Positions 1 to 11,439 of a DNA stretch of 37,841 nt are shown in pieces (position 1 is the first letter of the stretch; each line of letters begins with the position of its first letter). A program made the translations under genes and the position numbers. This DNA is from Phoronis australis. Its lineage: Eukaryota; Animalia; Phoronida. The DNA is taken from positions 1-37,841 of the forward strand of contig NMRA01001227.1 in NCBI GenBank assembly GCA_002633005.1. The letters are read 5' to 3'. The notes under the pieces were generated by a model, which was not told where the DNA came from, ran no database searches, and was given only the letters and a program-made list of their open reading frames with translations.

Positions 1-320
1 GCGAGGTTTTTCTTCATTGGTTTTAGACTGACAAAGTCTTTTAGTCCTTTCTAAAGTAGTCTCTTCCGCCAGACGTTTAGTAACATTTGCATTAACTTTA
101 TCAAGTCTGATACTCCTCGTAGTCGGAGTCTCTTTATGCTTTCGTTTAGTAACACTTGCATTAACTTTATCAAGTCTAGCACGCTTTTCAACCGGGTGTT
201 TCTTGATTTAATTTTTCAAGAACAGTTGTTAAGGCTTTATTGAGACGTAACCGTTTCTGTTCAGAGGTTTCTAACTTGCGATGTTTTTCCATTCTTAATC
301 TTGCCAGTTCTTTTCTTTTT
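1..320 (-). pseudogene. Frameshifted STPR-like (23-aa repeat) coding remnant, probably from a Helitron-type ORF
   Basis: Minus-strand translation gives ETSEQKRLRLNKALTTVLEKLNQ / ETP(fs)VEKRARLDKVNASVTKRKHK / ETPTTRSIRLDKVNANVTKRLAE / ETTLERTKRL. A DNA repeat at 74-108 and 143-177 has a 69-bp period. One frameshift near 194. Confidence 0.55.
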
Positions 321-1199
321 AGAACACTCTGTGTTTTAGTTTGAGGCAGAGTGATAATAGGTATTGACGTGAAATGGATTCAAGCACCTCTACAGTAACA
401 ACCTCTTACCTTTAACACAGAAGTCCCAGTACGTTCATGAAAGATGCAATGTATCGTGCCTCAATCTTATCTAACATCCAATTGGGTATCCAGCTACAAG
501 TATACTTACTATGCATTAAAGTGCTGCGTGTATTGAATTAAGTTTACACCTCATCAACGAGAAACAAATTCTGTAACAACTTGATCAATTTTACCACTAA
601 ATATAGTTTTGCAACAGTAACTTCCAATATTTCAGTGTTTACAATAGCAAAGTCTTCCTATAATTGTAATTAGTGTTAATTCCCTAAAACAATTTCCTCT
701 CGCCGTAAAGGTTTGCTGCCTTACACACGTACTGGCTGGATGAACATAAACCACCCAATAATAAACTTTTTGACTTATAGCGTACTCTTTAATTTCTATA
801 ACGTTATTTTATCAATTAAAAGTTTAATTGTTGTGATCATACAACCTGTCACCGGATGTTTAAGTTTTCTACTTTGGCAAACGGTTCTGAACTAACTTAA
901 AAGCCAAACTGTTATTCACAATTAGTCATCAACTACAACACCTAAGTATTCAGCAACCTCTGTTCTGGATTTCTTTGAAGTCTAAGACGATTTGCAAAAT
1001 AACAATTGCTTAAAAAAAATCGAACGTAGCATTTTAACGAACTCTGTACCAAAAAATCATGTTACTTAAATTCAGTTGAGATTGAATATATTGCTTTAAA
1101 TGACTATTGTTTTGTACTTGACTTGCAACTGAACAAAAATACCTGATAATTCACTACAGGCATTCCCTGTAGTGACATTTTTAGCCTTTACCATTGAAA

Positions 1200-1685
1200 C
1201 AGGTATGTTTCTGGTTTTGTACAGTAAGTACATAACATTGGAGTGTGGCATTCTGTCATTGGTATAGGAGGTAAAATCTTCAAACCAGTCCATCAACTGT
1301 GTAACCTTTTCAGTTACCATTGGCGGACCTAGGAAACTTCCGTAGGCAAGAATTCCTTTCTTAAAAGACTTCAGTGTCTTATCAAGTGTTTTTTCTATAT
1401 GTTGTAGACATTCATGAATGTTTTTGAACAAAGAGTTTGCCCCATGCTTGATGGTATTAAAAGGTTGCCATTTTCAAGAAATGACTCGATAATTTTTTCA
1501 AGGAGCCAGTTGAAGCGGTCCTCCCTGTTCTTCACTCAGTACAGCTCACAGCAATGCCTAATATAGTGTTGGTCTACCTTTTGCATGCATTTCTTTGCAC
1601 AACACTTCTTGTTATGCATTGCCACAAGTATTGAACTTCTGCTGAGTGCTTTTTGAAACAGTTTACCCTTCTTTATGGTTTAACC
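1200..1685 (-). pseudogene. N-terminal fragment of a Chapaev/CMC-like (DUF7869-type) transposase
   Basis: Translation KKCCAKKCMQKVDQHYIRHCCELY*VKNREDRFNWLLEK...LCSKTFMNVYNI*(fs)...WFEDFTSYTNDRMPHSNVMYL. The CCxxxC...RxxWL...CxxxFxxxYxI...WxxxF...DxMP pattern is typical of these proteins. Has stops and a frameshift; includes part of ORF 1096..1431. Confidence 0.5.
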
Positions 1686-1734
1686 TGAAATAGGATAAAT
1701 AATTGAATAAGTTCTCCCAGATTATTATCAATCA

Positions 1735-1905
1735 CTAGGTGCTACAGCTGAAGTGGGTTTAGGAGATACTTTCGTGAGCGCAATAAAAAACTGCCACTAA
1801 GCATCACCACAGTAGTCAAAATCTTCCAAAATCGTCAACTGTCCTCTTCCCACTAAGAACAGGTATGGCAATTACCACAATCCTATGAATATGTGGGCGC
1901 CTAAT
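1735..1905 (-). mobile_element. Short internally deleted copy of the HINE-like element
   Basis: atatgtgggcgcctaat (~1889-1905) is the reverse complement of the element's 5' end. ctgccactaag...ccacagtagtcaaaatc...aaaatcgtcaac matches internal subunits of the copies at 31-34 kb. Confidence 0.55.
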
Positions 1906-1938
1906 GAGCAAAAAATTTTCCAAATTACCTGCTTTTCA

Positions 1939-2099
1939 TTGTGTGATAGTGAAGGTGGTGCATCTTTGGGGCAAATTTTTTAACACAGCATGAAACGCCT
2001 CTAATGATGCTATCTGTCTAAACGGGGACAGTTTCTGAACGCATTTTTCCATCTGGCAGCTTTCCAACTCTTTAAACAGCTCCTCATATTGCTGCGATT
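1939..2099 (-). pseudogene. C-terminal exon remnant of a Kolobok-type DDE transposase
   Basis: AG/GT-bounded segment reading SQQYEELFKELESCQMEKCVQKLSPFRQIASLEAFHAVL(fs)KFAPKMHHLHYHTMKSR. Matches the LSPxxQTSxLExFHxxxxxFAPK...YxxMxxR motif carrying the catalytic E. Confidence 0.6.
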
Positions 2100-2444
2100 C
2101 TGTGACAAGGATAAAGCAGACACTTTGAGGTTATTAACCTGTAAAACAGGGTCCAAGTCATCAAATCAATGGCTGGATCGCTTAGTTTTTAAGTTAATCA
2201 TTTTCTGTTTATGGTAGCCACTGCTATACAACAAGGAAATTTTAATCCATTTTTGACACTTTTGAAGTTGCTATGAAACTGCCTGCTGCTAAAAATATTA
2301 TTGGGACCACAGAAATTGTTTCTTACATCAGAATTGAATTAGTGCTCGTGACCATTCTCATAAAAAGACACTCGGGACCAAGCAAAGTTAATGAGTCCAA
2401 CTTCCAGTAATAACAGAGCTCAGATATCACTTCCAATATGATTG

Positions 2445-2918
2445 CCCCTGCAGAATGTACCTCGGTTAACCATGGTTATCCATGGTCAACCATGACTGTA
2501 CAACCATGGTTGACCATGGTTTTAACATTTTGCGTTAAGTTGAAACCATGGTGGACTATGGTTGGCAACCATGGTTGATAACCATGGTTGTGACCATGGT
2601 TGACTGCTTCGCAACCATGGTTATCAACCATGGTCAACCATGGTTAATAACCATGCTATGAGTTAACGTAATGCGAAATGTTAAAACCATGGTTGACCAT
2701 GATTACCAACCATGGTGTGGAACCATGGTTGACTATGGTTAAGATGGTTGACCTTGGTTAAAATCATGGTTGGTACCATGGTTACTAATAATGTTTGATC
2801 ATGCTTACTAACCATTGTTGACCATTGTTTGACATCTTTATTAAGCATGGTCAACAATGGTTAGTAAGCATGGTCAACCATGGTCACAAAGTCATGCTTA
2901 TGAACTGACAATTACAGG
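2445..2918. repeat. Array of AACCATGGTT palindromes with nested inverted repeats, probably a non-autonomous DNA transposon or its terminus
   Basis: About 16 exact CCATGG plus variants. Inverted repeats accatggttttaacattt (~2513) / aaatgttaaaaccatggt (~2676) and a perfect 26-bp pair at 2800-2825 / 2847-2872. Confidence 0.8.
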
Positions 2919-5279
2919 TATGGCAAAAAGTCCACTATAAAATGAAATACACCACGTAAGTAAATTACCTGTTGAGTTTCAAGTGAAATGTCTCAAGCTC
3001 ATCAAATTATATTAGCAAGGTCTAACTCACTAAAGGGTCCTAATTCGCTTTGAAATATTGAAAACAAGTGTTTGCACTCTACATAATACTTCTATTTCTT
3101 CATTTACAACTGGACAAAGACAATAGGAACCACAAGAACAGTTGACTCTTTGAATGTTAAGTAGCACCTTAATGTAATAGAGCAAATATAAACTTGAAAA
3201 AATGCAAGATTTTGTAAAATATATGGCACCAACAGGTTTCTGCTTTCTCACTGAGCATCATCCCGATGAACCAAAACTCGCAACAATGTGTAAAACAATT
3301 CAAAATTAGAATTGACATTTCCCAAAATATTTCATCTATGTTACTGTATCGTGAAATATGTTTTGCCTAGCGAGTAAAGTACTTCACAAATACAAGGAAG
3401 TGTTCCTATTCACATTGTACAAAACTATAAGTCCGTCTTGACTATGCTTGAAAGGTATTCAATTTTTAACTTGCCCTACTTAAAAGATATGCATTTTTTA
3501 ACTTAAACTTTTTGTACTGCTTGAGCCTTAGCAGTTATGTCTTTAGGTCTAGGTGAAAATCACCTTTCATCTCAGAGCAATAAAGTCTATACAATACATC
3601 CACACACTTGGCTTTTGATGAGATGTGTTAAGAGACATTGGGGTATAAAGAGCTGCAGCAGCAAAATATTGGCTGCCAGAAAAGCAGAATCCACGTGTGA
3701 CTCCAAATCCTTAAATGCAGTCAATTCAAGGTTTAATCAGCAATAAAGGTCAACCAACTTTTTAGAATGCAGACTTGTCACTCTCCATTAATCTTTTGAC
3801 CACCACAGGAACTGAGGACTTCTACAGTAGAGTTGGTGGTTGGCTCTTATAAGTACTTTCACTCGCCATCTCAGTTTCACTTCATCATGCATGTTTTCAA
3901 GTCTTCGATACTAAGGAAAAGTTGAAAAAATTCCAGTTAGATGAGATCAAGTAAATTAATAGGATTATTCATTTCGTTTTTGTTCAGAAAATACAGAAAT
4001 GCTTTGATTTCTTTGTTAATCAACCATAAAATAAATATGGAATTGGGCTTTGGACAAAATAAAGATGTGATCTCGCGTCTTGGAAAGTATTGAGAATTTA
4101 TGATGTCATTGTTTCAGACTTGGCTCGCAAAATAGATTTCTAGACAAATCATTTTAATCATAGAGTGACTGGTAGCAAGTTAGCAGCTTTTTTAAAGACC
4201 AAAAAGCACTTCTATTCTCATCCAATTTGATTAAACAAGTTCAGACCAATTTAAGGGTGGAACTTCTTCAAGGGAACACAAGTTAATTTATACATTAAAG
4301 AAAAAAATGACCCCTCATAATTTTTTTTGCAAAGACCAAACATCTATTTTTCAAAACCCATTAGAAACACAGGGCAATTTGGTTGATAAAAATTTTGAAA
4401 TCAAGATAATTTAGGCCTCTGTTTAAGTCACAGAAATACACGTCATACTCTTACTAGTACTGAAGTTTAACTTACATTTGAACAGAGATGGATCATGCTT
4501 ATTTCCATAACCTCCACAGAATCAGTTTCAAAAAAACAACTCCCCTTTTGTTTGTAAGACCAAAACTACTTATATGTAATTAGGAATGCTAACACACCGT
4601 ATTAAAAAGAAACAAAAAACAAGTGGGTTCGCCCAAAACATTCACAAAACAAAGATGGTGCTGCATAGAACTTCAATGAAACAAAATGCAACGCATGTAC
4701 GGTACAGACATTTTTTTCAAATCCCCACCTGTTAACTTCAGAGAAGGGAATACAGATAATTGATGAATCTAGATCTAGATGCTTATCTGTTAAAGACAAA
4801 GAGAGGTACCTTGTCCTTTTTCGCAGGGAATTCACTGCGATGAAAACAAGAGAAAACAAAACAAAATGTTTAACTAATATATTTCAAAAGTTCTGACATG
4901 TAAGATATTTATAGGAGTGTTGTATCATGTGCTTTAAAACAACAAAGTTTGTCAAATCTCTGTCTTAAATCAAGAAAACTCTAAAGGTCGATGGCACACA
5001 TTGCTCCATGCACGAGCCATTGGTGGTAGTTGAGCTGTCAAGGCTGCTGAAGGTGAAAGTAATTGTTTTCAGAGGTGTTAAGATGGAAGTTATGTGCCTT
5101 GTAGTAATCAGTTCTCTCAACAGAATAAAATAGGTACTGAGGAATACGAAATTTAAACTTGTTAAATGTTTATAGGCTAGTATCTTCTTATGCGTTAAAA
5201 ACATCTTTAAGACAATGTAAGTCTAAATAAGTAACTTTAACTGTGTCTGGTAATGTCTTTTGAATAAACAGAACGGAGC

Positions 5280-6730
5280 TCAAAAGATGTCCATAACCCA
5301 AACACCACTGTTCAAAAGTTCGTTGAATTCCTGCTTCAATTCAACAAAGTTCTCATAGGTGAACTGAACTTACAATACATTGCTACACGTATGAGTCACT
5401 AGTCGTCGCTGAAAACCGTCAAGTACATCCAAAAGTTCCTCGGTGTCAGATGGGAACTCATTCAAGGCCGATTCAATGATTTCCCTTTCCGAATCAGGTA
5501 CGATTTTGAGAAAGGTTTCCTTCATGACAGCTGTACTGTCACCATGGCAGTTTCCATGAATGTAGGAGCAAGGGTAATTGGGAAGTATTGGAAATCTTTC
5601 CATCCCTTAGCTATTATGCTTCCAACAGCTTCTCTTTTCTTATCAGAAAAGTCATGGCGAAGTACAGGTACTTTAAAAGTGTCTCCTGTTGTCATTTTTT
5701 TCTCCAAATCCCGTCCAAAATTGTGTGAGGGCATCTTGAAAATCACCTAGGACCTTCTCCGATCTCTTTTTCCCCACTTGGTCATATTATATGGACACTG
5801 ATTTCTGACTGCACGGTAGATGGATCAAGAAAGGCGCAGATCATGTCTTCAACGATTGCTGCTTGCTAAAGAATTACTACTATAGGCTCTGTTGTGCTGT
5901 TAACTTCCTGCGCAGCTGAAATGGTCGAAGTTGGCAGAGTGTCATCAAGTTGCTTGACATAAACACTGCTGGACTGCCTAAACTGTATAGTGGGAGTATC
6001 TGGTTGTGACACCTCAGGTAATGTTGGCGATGTGTTGAGCTCCACAACAACTTCATTGCCCATATCTCACCAAGGTATGACTTCTGCAACCAGAGCACTC
6101 TGTTGATCATCTTTTTCTTCTTCATGTTCGTCAAAATTGTTTCTGCTTCTCTCAATTTGAGCACTTTGTCCAGCTTCTTCTTCACCTTTTGCTGTTTCAT
6201 TCAAGACTTGCTATTGCTTTTTCTGTTTAGTTGTTTGCAGATAAACTTTCAAAAGAGACTTTTTGTTTCTTCATACAGTTGGCTTACAGTGATACTTGCC
6301 AGAAAAGGAAGCTTCCTGTTATCACACATTTTACAATCAATCATCTATCTTTCCCTTTGATGATAATTCCATCGTGAAAGAAGAAGTCATGGGGCACCGT
6401 TAATAATTTTGCCTCACCACTGTTTTTAGACACTGTAACTGGTCTCACGCCTCCACTTTGGGGCTTGCGAACTTGCCTGTAAACGCCAAAAGTTTCAGTA
6501 AAGTCCATCCACCTAATTTCAATTTTTCTCATTTCTTTCTTGGAATTTGTGTTGCCTTTAAGCTTAACTGATCTTTGATCTACGGAATTATTCAGGTACT
6601 GCTCTGATCATCTTCATCATCCGAGTCATCTCTCCGCCTCTTGATTTGCAACTTTTGCGCAGTTTGTTTAAGACTGTCTTTCCTTGATGTTGAACGTTGA
6701 CTTGATGGTCCTGTACTAATCTCTACACTG
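5280..6730 (-). pseudogene. Degenerate HECT-domain (G2E3-like) ubiquitin ligase gene with an internal deletion
   Basis: Fragments RKIEIRWMDF...YRQVRKPQSGGVR...FFFHDG; EIGEG...DALTQFWTGF; FKVPVLRHDF...AVGSIIAKGWKDFQYFPITLAPTF; C-lobe RRLVTHTCSNVL*VQFTYENFVELKQEFNELLNSGVWVMDIF*. Multiple stops and frameshifts. Confidence 0.7.
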
Positions 6731-7515
6731 TTACAATTAATGCATGATAATATAACACTACACTTCAGTCTCATCTACACACTTTCCCTAGAACAACTTA
6801 CACTGCTGCAACTTACCCATCTGGTGACTATTTATCCACCTTATCTAGATAGGGTAACTTGTTCTAGGGTAACTTGTGCCACTTCTAATCACTGTATAGC
6901 TGCAAACCTGGGGCAAGGCAGAAGTGATTATCAGCTGCGGTTACATACAGAGAGGTGTTCTTTTAAGTGCCCTGTATTCGCATTTCCTGTCCATTTTCAT
7001 GCACGGCAACAACTTCCGCCTTACGCTAGTTATCGGATATGTGTATATGGACGCTCCAATAAGTGCAAATTGTGCTAGGCTGTGTGTGGATGGGACTTTT
7101 GATGGCCCGCTTCACATTTACCTTGACACTCAACATCGCATTGCTCATTTGCTCTTCCTGACTGGTATGCCTTATCATCAGTTTAAATACTTTTTACACC
7201 AAAGTACGAAACAGACTAAATCTAATTTTTTGCCATTGAGAAATGCTGTGTGATTGGGTACTCTGGAAGTCTCGATCAATATATATGTAGTAATTATAAT
7301 TAACGCTCAAAACTTTACCCAGCAGTAATCGAAAGTGATTATGGTGGTCATTACCAAACAACCGATCATCTACTGGCAATGATTGCACTAGATTTCAAAA
7401 TGTAGGTTCAATCCATAGGCTAAAATGAAACAAACATTCAGCAAAGATCCACAGTGTCTCTGTGAATAAACATGAATAACTGAATAATTAATACAACTGA
7501 GGTATTGCACATACT

Positions 7516-10500
7516 TGCAATGAATTCGTCTTCAGAGCTGGAATGTTGTGCTACAGCCCAGAAGTGGTTGGTAATATCCCTTGACCAGCTCAGCAACTTT
7601 CTGCATGGCCTTTCCTGTTCAGCCTTGCAGAAAGGTAGATTTCAACACGACAATAAGGCACATTTCAAGAAAGAAGCCATAATAATGCTAAATAAGCACA
7701 GGAAATTTTTATATAGTGCTCTTTGTCAAGGGTGTGCTACAGTAGCACACCCTTGACAAAGAGCGCATCACTCAAAACGTGGGGGATATTTTAATATATT
7801 TACTATTAGACAAAGCTTGTCCTTTTAGTTTTACTATTTTATATTTTTATCCGTCGGTAACTGCACAGCATTCCAGCATCTATTTGTTTTCCCACAAGCA
7901 TTAATTTGCTGTTTATAGTGAGGCCACTTTCTAACACTGCTTTTACCATACACAGTTTGAAAGGTAATAAAGTGAATATAAAATAGTCCTTCATGACAAA
8001 ATAATTTCTATTTAGACCACTTACAGATATGAAATTGGTTTCAAACTGCTCTTTTAGATGGAACCCTACTTTTTATCAATTTACCTTTCCCTAGAGCATA
8101 GTCCCCTTAAAATGAATCACTGCCCGCTTCTGATGAAATTGTTGCCCATATATTGATACCTGTCCAATAATTGAATTAAGATGTTTACCGTAATGTTATA
8201 TGTTGGGATGGATTGTAAACCTTTGAACTTTGAAGACTGAGAGCCACTAGGAATACAACTATGGAATTACCTTAATTACAAATACCAGTCTCTTGCTAAT
8301 GGATGCGATACATTATATAGTATAGAACAAATACCCACAATTTTTATTGTTCCCATAAGAATATTGTGCTGGGTGGGTAAAACCCAATTTTAACTACTGA
8401 AAGTAGTTTTTTATGGTGTAAGGTAGACTAACTTTTCATATCCTAGAACATGCAAGTCTTACTCTTGAGAGCAGAAATTTACGGATGTGCATCTGTTACT
8501 ACTTCGACCACATTCAAACCCTCCTCCTTGAGATTGTGAACACATAGTCGGAAGGCCTCCTTTTCCATGTTGGTACTTCTTTCTTGACTTGCCTCTTGTC
8601 TAAGGTTTCCACAGCTACAATTTTTGGATCATCATCCATCATTGTAAAGGTGCAGTACTGGGCACAGTGACCAGGCGAATCATTTTGTCCATCACCTGTG
8701 CGAAAAATGTTCAAAATTCAAAGCATTTACACATTAGAAGCTAAATCACGATATATTTATACACATGTCAGTGTAGTATGACATCATTTTTCAATCAAAA
8801 ATTACAAGAAAGGTGATTACATGCCCAATAACATCTTTGATCTTCGATGATATATCGCAGCACAACATATATATAAAATTACCTACGGTGGTATGACAAG
8901 ATCTTTTCCTTGCATATCTCGCCTCACAGCTGCATTATGTCTAGACCAGTACTGCTCCACGCTTGGAGCCAAATAAAAGTGCTGAATCCTGTAGTATCTT
9001 GTTGAGCTTAAAAAAATTTAGATTTGAAAACTTGGCGTACAGGGCAACTTTGGCGAAATTGTTGCCCGACAACAAAATGGAGGAGCATATCATCAGATCA
9101 AGTGCATGGAACCCATGATTCAGGACTGGCTGCGAGCACCATCGATGTACGTCATGACCATTTTCACATGTCTGAAAGTACAAGTTGACAAAGCACAACT
9201 GAACTGCTTTGCAATGACTTTACACTTAGCACAGCTATATAACCCCCTTCCATTAAAAAGTTATTTAAGATTCAGACCAATTACCGTAAAAACTGGCTTC
9301 AAATAGTTCCTCTTCGAAATCAGGGACAATTTCTCATGGCTTCAAAGGAACAGTACAAGGAACTATCTAAGATTTAGGTCTACGTGATGGCTTGACATGG
9401 CATGACAATTTATGTGCCAAGCATGGTCTCAGCAAATCACAAAATGTCGCTTCTTTGCAAACCCAGAAATCTGAGTGAGGAACAAGTTGACACAAAATTT
9501 ATGAGAGCACTTGGTCTAAATAAGAAAATTTCTTTTTGAACAGAACAAGAGATTATAGGTGCTCTAATAATAAGCAACAACACCGTGATTAAGAATAAAA
9601 TCCTGTCATCACTCACTATAGCACATGGACTTTCTAACACTTATCAATTGAACGTAAAACATAAACAATGTCAAGATGTTCTGATTAGTGCATAATGTCT
9701 ACAGTTTGTGTATTTCCAAACTCAGTAGTGATTCAATATTCAGGAGCTACATGATGTTGACTATGAAGTAGAATGACTACCCTAATTGAGTAAAGTGCTG
9801 TTCCAACTTCCTTCCTTGTAACTTTAACATCAGTTTTGCAACGGTCACAGCTGGAGTTAGCAAAAGTGGCTGAAAACAAAACATAAGATTCGATTTGAGT
9901 GACAACCCTGTAACCTTTGACCTTGGATAAGCTAAACAAAATTTCCACACGGTGGTGGGCTTCCAAAGTGCTTCCAAATTTTAATGTCTTTCTTTGGAAC
10001 TAAGTCCAGATTTTTCTTTAGAGAACTGATGTGTATTAGGAACTGTAATTGCAATGAATAGCTAACACCGCTACTCAGATGATGCATGACTTTCTACTAA
10101 ACGGCAAATTAATTGTACCTGTAAGAGTTATGAGTTGCTCAAACTCGACAATGTAGTTACGACCTGAGGATACAATGGCACGCATCTTCAGGGCGAGTCG
10201 CACGTCGAACACTACATCCAGTATTCAAGTTTTCTGAACCCTCAGCGTCTTCTTCATCATCTGTCTCTTCCTCAGCTCCAAACTTTATATCACCTACAGG
10301 AAGATCTTGTGCACTTTCCATGTTGGTAGGCCTATAAGAAATAGCATTGAGATGAACAGTCTGCTTCAGTAACATACACACACTTTTGATTCATTTTATT
10401 GAAAAAATCTCACAAATAAATTTTTAATGCAAACCAAAATGCTCTTGGACGTGATATTCCTTCAACATAACAATCCAAGTGAACAAAATGTTGCACAGCA

Positions 10501-11090
10501 AGACAAGTTTAGTTTAAATTGAATTTTGGTAGGATATTGGAAAATGTCTACCAAAGCAGTATTACTTTAAACTGACAACTGAAGGAATAGTGATATATTT
10601 GAGCTGATGAGACTGATCCCTAGTACACCAACTTACGGTATATGTACACCCAGAAGGCTAACAGCCTTTTCACGTAATTGAAGCCTTCGTTTGTGTATGG
10701 ATTCCATACACATTTCCAAACAAATTTCATCAGCCTAAACGAATGAGACTGTAGTCAATTAAAATTTGAAGTCAAACGCTATTCTGAAACATACAAACTG
10801 GACTACAATGCAATAACTGAAGTACTAAATACATACTTTACTGTAGTGTCACAGGATACTTCATAAGTGTCATCGTCAGGGTCATCATCTGAGTCAACAA
10901 TCTCTGACACGTTGATAGTTAACCTTCAAATAAGTTACTAGACGTTGGCCCTAGGTTGGCACCTCTCGTAGGTGTGGCCTTGCTAGCAAATTATAAAAGG
11001 ACTCCTGTATGCTGTCAGGGCCAAGTGTTCATTACATCATGTGTCATCATGCACCTCTGAATGCAACTGAGTTTACATTTTATATTGTGC
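7516..11090 (-). pseudogene. Intron-containing Kolobok-type DDE transposase pseudogene
   Basis: Ordered exon remnants: acidic DSDDDPDDDTYE (~10851-10920); ~10120-10340; CDRCKTDVKVTRKEVGTAL (~9781-9865); CENGHDVHRWCSQPVL...ILLSGNNFAKV...RIQHFYLAPSVEQYW (~8884-9175); GDGQNDSPGHCAQYCTFTMMD...MEKEAF...VVTDAHP (8463-8695, first two catalytic D); WSRDITNHFW (~7516-7623). Stops and frameshifts present. Superfamily name is from motif recall. Confidence 0.7.
7718..7764. repeat. Perfect palindrome with 23-bp arms and a 1-nt spacer
   Basis: gctctttgtcaagggtgtgctac-a-gtagcacacccttgacaaagagc. Confidence 0.95.
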
Positions 11091-11439
11091 GCTATCTTTA
11101 AATTATTTTTCATGTCATAGTTTGAACTGGTGTCGAAATTTAGGTGTTTTGAGATGCAGTCATGTCTTCATGGAGTATCTCTCATTGCAGTTAACCATTA
11201 TTTCAAGATGTTTGTTGCTTTCTTAATAAGTGCAGGTTATTTTTATTTACAATTGCAGTTTTAATTTATTTACGTTTACATTAAGAAATCTTTTGATCGT
11301 GCCATTATTTAATCAGATTGACTGTCATGTTTTGCTAAAGCAGAGTTCACGCTCATCTGAAGGAAAAAGTGCCTGTGCCTTCTGAGAGTATTTTTGTGGT
11401 TGAGGGCACAATCACCCCATTTGTCACACCACCCCCACT

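Noticed and set aside
3000-5200. Several short exon-like or ORF-like segments on the minus strand
   Set aside because: Could be further TE gene relics, but no motif was recognisable, so they are left uncalled.
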